From NCBI RefSeq assembly GCF_009914755.1, contig NC_060930.1: DNA of 64,000 nucleotides. The stretch is one strand, 5' to 3'. Source of the DNA: the human T2T-CHM13v2.0 reference genome, Homo sapiens. Under the pieces are notes generated by a model. That model made no database searches, was not told the origin of the DNA, and saw only the letters and a list, made by a program, of their open reading frames with translations. Position 1 is the first letter of the stretch. Every line of letters starts with the position of its first letter. The position numbers and the translations under genes were made by a program. Below are positions 58,810-64,000 of the stretch, in pieces.

Positions 58810-59510
58810 CGTGGGCCACAAGAGGGACGCCAGCGGTGATGGGGAGACGAGACCCCTGCGCCCACGGAAAGACGCACCAACTCGCCGGCTCAGTCCACAG
58901 GTGATTTTCTGCCGGGTGGGTGCTGCGAGGGCACCAGGGGCAACCTGGGAAAGTGGGAATGGGACGCGGAGGTGGTGGCTGAGGGCGGGGTCCGGGCAGG
59001 CCCGCGCCGAGGAGGGGGCGTCCGCGCTGAGCCAGGAATGGCGCCCCCCGATGTCCACACCACGGTCCGGGCATCTGCGAACGGGCGGCCACAGATTCGC
59101 CCACAGGGAAAGGGGACTTGGCGGGTATGGCTGCGTCGGGGGCCTGGAGACGGGGAGATGGTTCTGGATGTCCCAGGTGTAACCACAGGGGGCAGGATAA
59201 GGACAAAGGGTCCACACGTGGAGGACGGGCGGGGAGATAGTCGGAGTGAGCAACGGGAGACGAACTCGGCCCCGAAGCAGGACGACGGCGCCTCCGGAAG
59301 CCAGAAAAGGCCAAGAACCGGCCCTGCGTGGGGAGCTTAGCCCGTGAGCCCCGCAGCCTCCCCACCACGGAACTGCAGTCGGGAAACCGGCCTTTTCCTC
59401 CGCGGCCCATGGGAGTGGTTCGTTACAGCGGCGACGGGAAGCGTCCAAGCGTCCCTCCAAGACATTCGCCGCAGCAGCTTTTAAACCATTTGCGTTTCTG
59501 CCGGTTTGCG
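58810..59510. promoter_or_regulatory. CpG island / probable promoter
   Basis: GC-rich, CpG-dense ~700 bp in unique sequence. GC boxes gggcgggg (~58983, ~59227), ETS core ccggaag (~59294), E-box cacgtg (~59215), YY1-like aatggcg (~59037). Confidence 0.8.
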
Positions 59511-59755
59511 CTGGGACACTGGTCTCCTCCCCTTGGGCTGGGACTTAGACCTGTACCCTCCAACTCTTACCCCATTCTCAGGCCTTTGGACTCAGGCTGG
59601 CACAAGCCACCAGCTTTCCTGGGCTCCAGCTTGCAGACAGCAGATCTTGAGACTTCTCAGCCTCCACAACTGAGTGAGCCAATTCACATAAAAAAATTCC
59701 ATCCGTCTCTCTCTCTCCCCAACCATCTTCACCCATTGATTCCCCTATTCTGGAA
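59510..59755 (+). mobile_element. MLT2 LTR 3' portion, copy B (paralogue of copy A)
   Basis: Colinear with 56699-57160 but with only a short simple-repeat core. Confidence 0.85.
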
Positions 59756-61134
59756 ACGCGTTTCTCTAACGTGTGTTTTATCCTCCTACTGGGAGGTTGG
59801 TGTCATCGCTCCGCAGTGCTGACCCTGGAGCATGCTTAGTGGGGAAACGCAGGTCCTTCTGAGATTTCAAGCTGGAAGGCGCTCTCCAACTGTGAAAGTG
59901 TGACATGGTCCTGGAATAACGGCGCCCACACGGTGCGTTAGGTGAGAGGTCAGCATAAAGTTTACTTTCTTATCCATAGCGACCATGTGGGCTGCCGTTT
60001 GGGATATAAAAACAATGGCACGGGCTTATCTTCCAGAAAGTCCTCTTATGAATGTGAGAGGCCAGAAAGTTGTTTCAGCGTGGAAGCACTTGCAAACACG
60101 GCCTAGGTTTTGGATGAATGGCAAGTCTATCTAGATTGGGTTTTTTTTCCAATTTCAAAAAGAACTTTAAAATAAATATTTAAATACGAATGGCAGGAAC
60201 AAGGTATTTTATCTTATTACAATTGTGTGCAGCACTTAATAGATTTCCTACATAGAAGCTCCCAGGGGGGCGAAAGTGCATGGGCTTGGAAGCCGTGGGG
60301 ATGCTGGTGCAAACTCTGAACTGCATATAAATTGATCTGTCTGGATCACTCATCTGAGACACAGCTGCACTAACATCTGCAAACAAAGCTGCGGACAAGA
60401 ACTCGATAACGAGGAAAGACCCTCAAACAGCTCCTCGCTCTTGGGGGACGCTCAACAGTAGCTTTGGTTATTATTTTATACGGCATCATTTGTTCCCAAG
60501 CAACCTTGTAAAATACACAGGACTAATGCTATTAATGACCATTCTGTATCTGAGAGACTCAGGGAGATCAAGATGTCTACAGCCTGATAGACACCTGTGT
60601 TATGAAGGAGTAAGAAGTGTGGGAGCTGCCGTAGACGTCATCACACTCCAGGTTCCTTATGTAAGGTCTCTCACCAGCACCCTAGGTACACGGCAGCAGC
60701 CAGAGTCTGCCTCCTGGCTGAGCCGATTTCCATGAGTTTCTCCTCCTGATTGCAAAGACCGTCGCAGGCTTGGTGTCAGTGGCACCAGACATGCTTCTGT
60801 GACATTTCTCCACCAGGTTAACAACAGTCAATAGTGAACTGGCCATTCCCAAAACCCGCTTACTCCTGGTGTCATCCTGCAATGACCAGCTTTGCATTTT
60901 ATCAAGAAAAACTTGCTTAAGTCATAGATGAAAGGTCTGATCATTTGATGAGGCTGTAATGTGGAGGTAGAAGAGAGAGCCTTAAGCCATTTGTCAAAAC
61001 AGCCCACTTCAAAGTAGCAGTAATGACTGTGGAGCTAAAAATGTATTTATCATAAGATATATGTTTTAAGTTAAATTTATAGAGAGTGAGAAAGAACTAC
61101 CAAGTACCCATCAGAAATGAGAAATTAGGGGGTC

Positions 61135-61634
61135 TGAGGCAGGGGTCAGCAAGGCTTGTTTCCAGAGCCTGGGTCATGACCCTGCTGATCAAAACAGGAT
61201 GTAGCACAGGAACTGGCCCAAACCAGCTGGGGCCAAGATGGTGCTGAAGCCATCTCTGGTTGCCCTCATTACTCATTATGCACTAATTATAATTCATCTG
61301 CATAAGACACTCCCACTGGTACCATGACAGATTACAAATGCATGGAAACAACCCAGAAGTGACCTTATGTGGTTCCGGAACTCCCATCCCTTTTCCAGAA
61401 AGCTCATGAATAGCCCACCCCTTATGTAGCATATAATTAAGAGTGGGTATAACTATGCTCACCAGCAACCAATGCGTGCTGTTCGGGGCCACTCTGCCTG
61501 TGCAGCTACCGTTCTGCTACACACTTTGCTCGAAAAAACCTGCTCTTTCACTGCCACCTCACTCTTGAATTCTTTCCTGAGCAAAGCCAAGAACCCTGCT
61601 GGGCTAAGCCCCAATTTTGGGATTTCCTGCATCA
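61135..61634 (+). mobile_element. ERV1 solo LTR (MER66-like, MER41-related)
   Basis: tgaggcagg..gaccctgctgatcaaaacagg..ccaagatgg..acactcccac..ccatgacag..ttgaattctttcctgagcaaagccaagaaccc..gctaagccccaattttgg..ctgcatca, with 4-bp TSD ggtc. Confidence 0.88.
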
Positions 61635-62557
61635 GGTCTGGACTTGTCCTGTAAAATTCTGAACAGTTGATCATAGTCAATAAAGAAAGTAGCAATCCCC
61701 CAAGTGTGAGCTATGCTCTCACCGTTTCACTCCCCGATTTTCACAGCTCCAGCATTCTCTCATTACCAGATCCAGTCATTAGGGGAAATGCTGTTGGTGT
61801 TTGTGGCACAGACTTCCAATATTTGACCACACTTGTTCCCATGTTTTCCTTGTGTGTATGTTTTTATATCATAAACAAAATAAACCATGCTTAGGAGCGT
61901 ACTATCTTTCCTTCAAAACAGCAGCACCCTCATATACCGCTAAATGGAATCACGTATTAAATAAACACCACCTCCAAGTTTACCTGTGCTTCACACAAGA
62001 ACTTCATTTGCTAACCAAGGGTATTCATTTTAAAGTGAAGCTCTCCTTTCTTATTAAATTATGCAGGATAGCCTTCAAAGGTTGCTGTCTTACTGAGACT
62101 TGGCCATTTTTCTTGCATACATGCTCTTTGGATTGTTGCAAGCCTCTGGTTAATTTTCAGAGTTCTAAGAAAGCTGGTTTTGACAATTTCTGTGACTGTT
62201 TTCATTGCCTTTGTGAAGGAGAAGATTTTCGGTGTCCTGTCCCACCATCCCACGTGCTTCTTTATCATGTTTACTTTTAACAAAAACTTGTCCTGCCTGT
62301 GGTTATTTCCAAATCTTAATTTTACGCAGTTTTATGTGGTTAACTGTCTCTTCAATAATTACCAACATTGTCCAATCCTGAGAAAATTTAAGTGATCAGA
62401 AAACATATTTTAAGAGTTACTGTAGTCATGGTAAGTAATTATTTTAATACTATGTATGAAAATAAAAACTACTTCCAGTTGTTTGATTTATAATGCTGGG
62501 AAACAGAATGGTAGTGAGGTGATATATGTGGAAGAAAGTGGACTAATATCAGTAAAG

Positions 62558-62638
62558 AAAGGAAATTTTTAAAAATAAGGAACCAGCCAAATTTTTAAAA
62601 ATAAGGAAATTTTTAAAAATAAGGAACTTAGTGAATTT

Positions 62639-62672
<34 letters not shown>
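62558..62672 (+). repeat. Short tandem (aaatttttaaaaataagga x3) followed by (TA)n
   Basis: Direct reading. Confidence 0.85.
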
Positions 62673-63663
62673 AATTCGGTATATGATATCATTATCCTTA
62701 ATGAATCAGTGTGATGTATACGTATATATAACTGGTTTCTCGCTGCCTGTTCTTTAGCGGCCCTTCGTCAGGAAGCAAGGTTCATGACAACTACAACTTG
62801 TTGCTTTTTCCTCTTTATTTTGTATAACTATATTTACGCCATATTTGCTTCTTTTATTCATTAATCTCAAGGGCAAGAGAGACCTACCCAACCTTTTTCT
62901 CACTGAAAAGTTTCAAGTATTCAAAAACATTCTGTCAGTCAGGCTGAAAGACATTTTGATGCCAAATACTGAAGTGTCAGGACAGCTAACATCTGACTCC
63001 CCCCATAAATCACTACACCTCTCCCCGCCGCCCACCCTGCTGGGTCTAGCTTTGCACTTTTCATTTTTCTTTCTTTCTGACCACCCCTCCATCTCACTGC
63101 CCAAATGCTATTCAAAGGATTATAAAAGATTACAACAACTCAAAACAATACGTTTTACAAATGTGGAATAGGTGATGGCACAAATATTATCAAGAAAAGC
63201 AGGTCCGTTACAGTGTATATGGCAGTCTCATCATGGAAAGAGTGAAGCATCATCAGGACGTACGTCGCAGTATTGTTTATAATAGGGAAGGAAAACATAA
63301 ATTCAAATTCCCATCTGGAGCAGACTGAAAAGATGAATTAGGGCCAAGGATGGAATTCAGCGGTGATGCTGATGGAAGCTCTGGTCCATGACAGCACAAG
63401 ATGCACTTACTCATTTTCAATATTCAATATTATTCAATATACAGCGGTAGTACCGCGTGTGCCAGGCACGGCAACATGCCCTGAACCACGGCGATACGTC
63501 CTATAGCAGAGAAGAGCGGGGTCACAAGACACGTGTGGAGTGCCGTTCCACCTGGTCACACGCGCTAGGCCAGAGCACACAGTCACACAGTGACGCTATT
63601 CTCTGAATCAAAGTCTCAATCTTAAAGAGACAAAATGAAATTATTCCCAAACACTGGAGATAA

Positions 63664-63978
<315 letters not shown>

Positions 63979-64000
63979 AATACCTAATATTTTTAATCCT

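Noticed and set aside
58715-59460. Long overlapping ORFs (231 aa, 217 aa and others) on both strands
   Set aside because: Stop-codon scarcity in a GC-rich CpG island explains them. They are Pro/Arg/Gly-rich with no domain.

Overview
This is primate (most likely human/hominoid) nuclear DNA dominated by transposon fossils. It contains an MST MaLR element, a near-full-length but dead L1MA-type LINE (~1.4-7.9 kb) and several older L1MB/MC/ME, L2, MIR and HAL1-like pieces. There are also about 16 Alu/FLAM copies, solo LTRs (THE1, MLT1, MLT2, MER66-like) and DNA transposon relics (MER3/33, Charlie1, MER58, MER8). I recognise no known protein-coding gene, and almost all ORFs in the track are repeat-derived, low-complexity or GC-rich artefacts. 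The main non-repeat signals are four: (i) a CpG-island promoter at ~58.8-59.5 kb; (ii) candidate minus-strand exons at 51.6-52.0, 40.0-40.9, 18.8 and 12-13.3 kb that could form a lncRNA-type unit, one carrying a 107-aa ORF with a signal-peptide-like start; (iii) an old local duplication (MLT2 3' part plus unique flank) that brackets the CpG island; (iv) a duplicated (TG)n/G-quadruplex cassette at 34.7 kb. Repeat subfamily names are from recalled consensus sequences, not an alignment, and exon calls come from splice motifs only. I see no clear evidence of a novel biological system; the findings are hypotheses.
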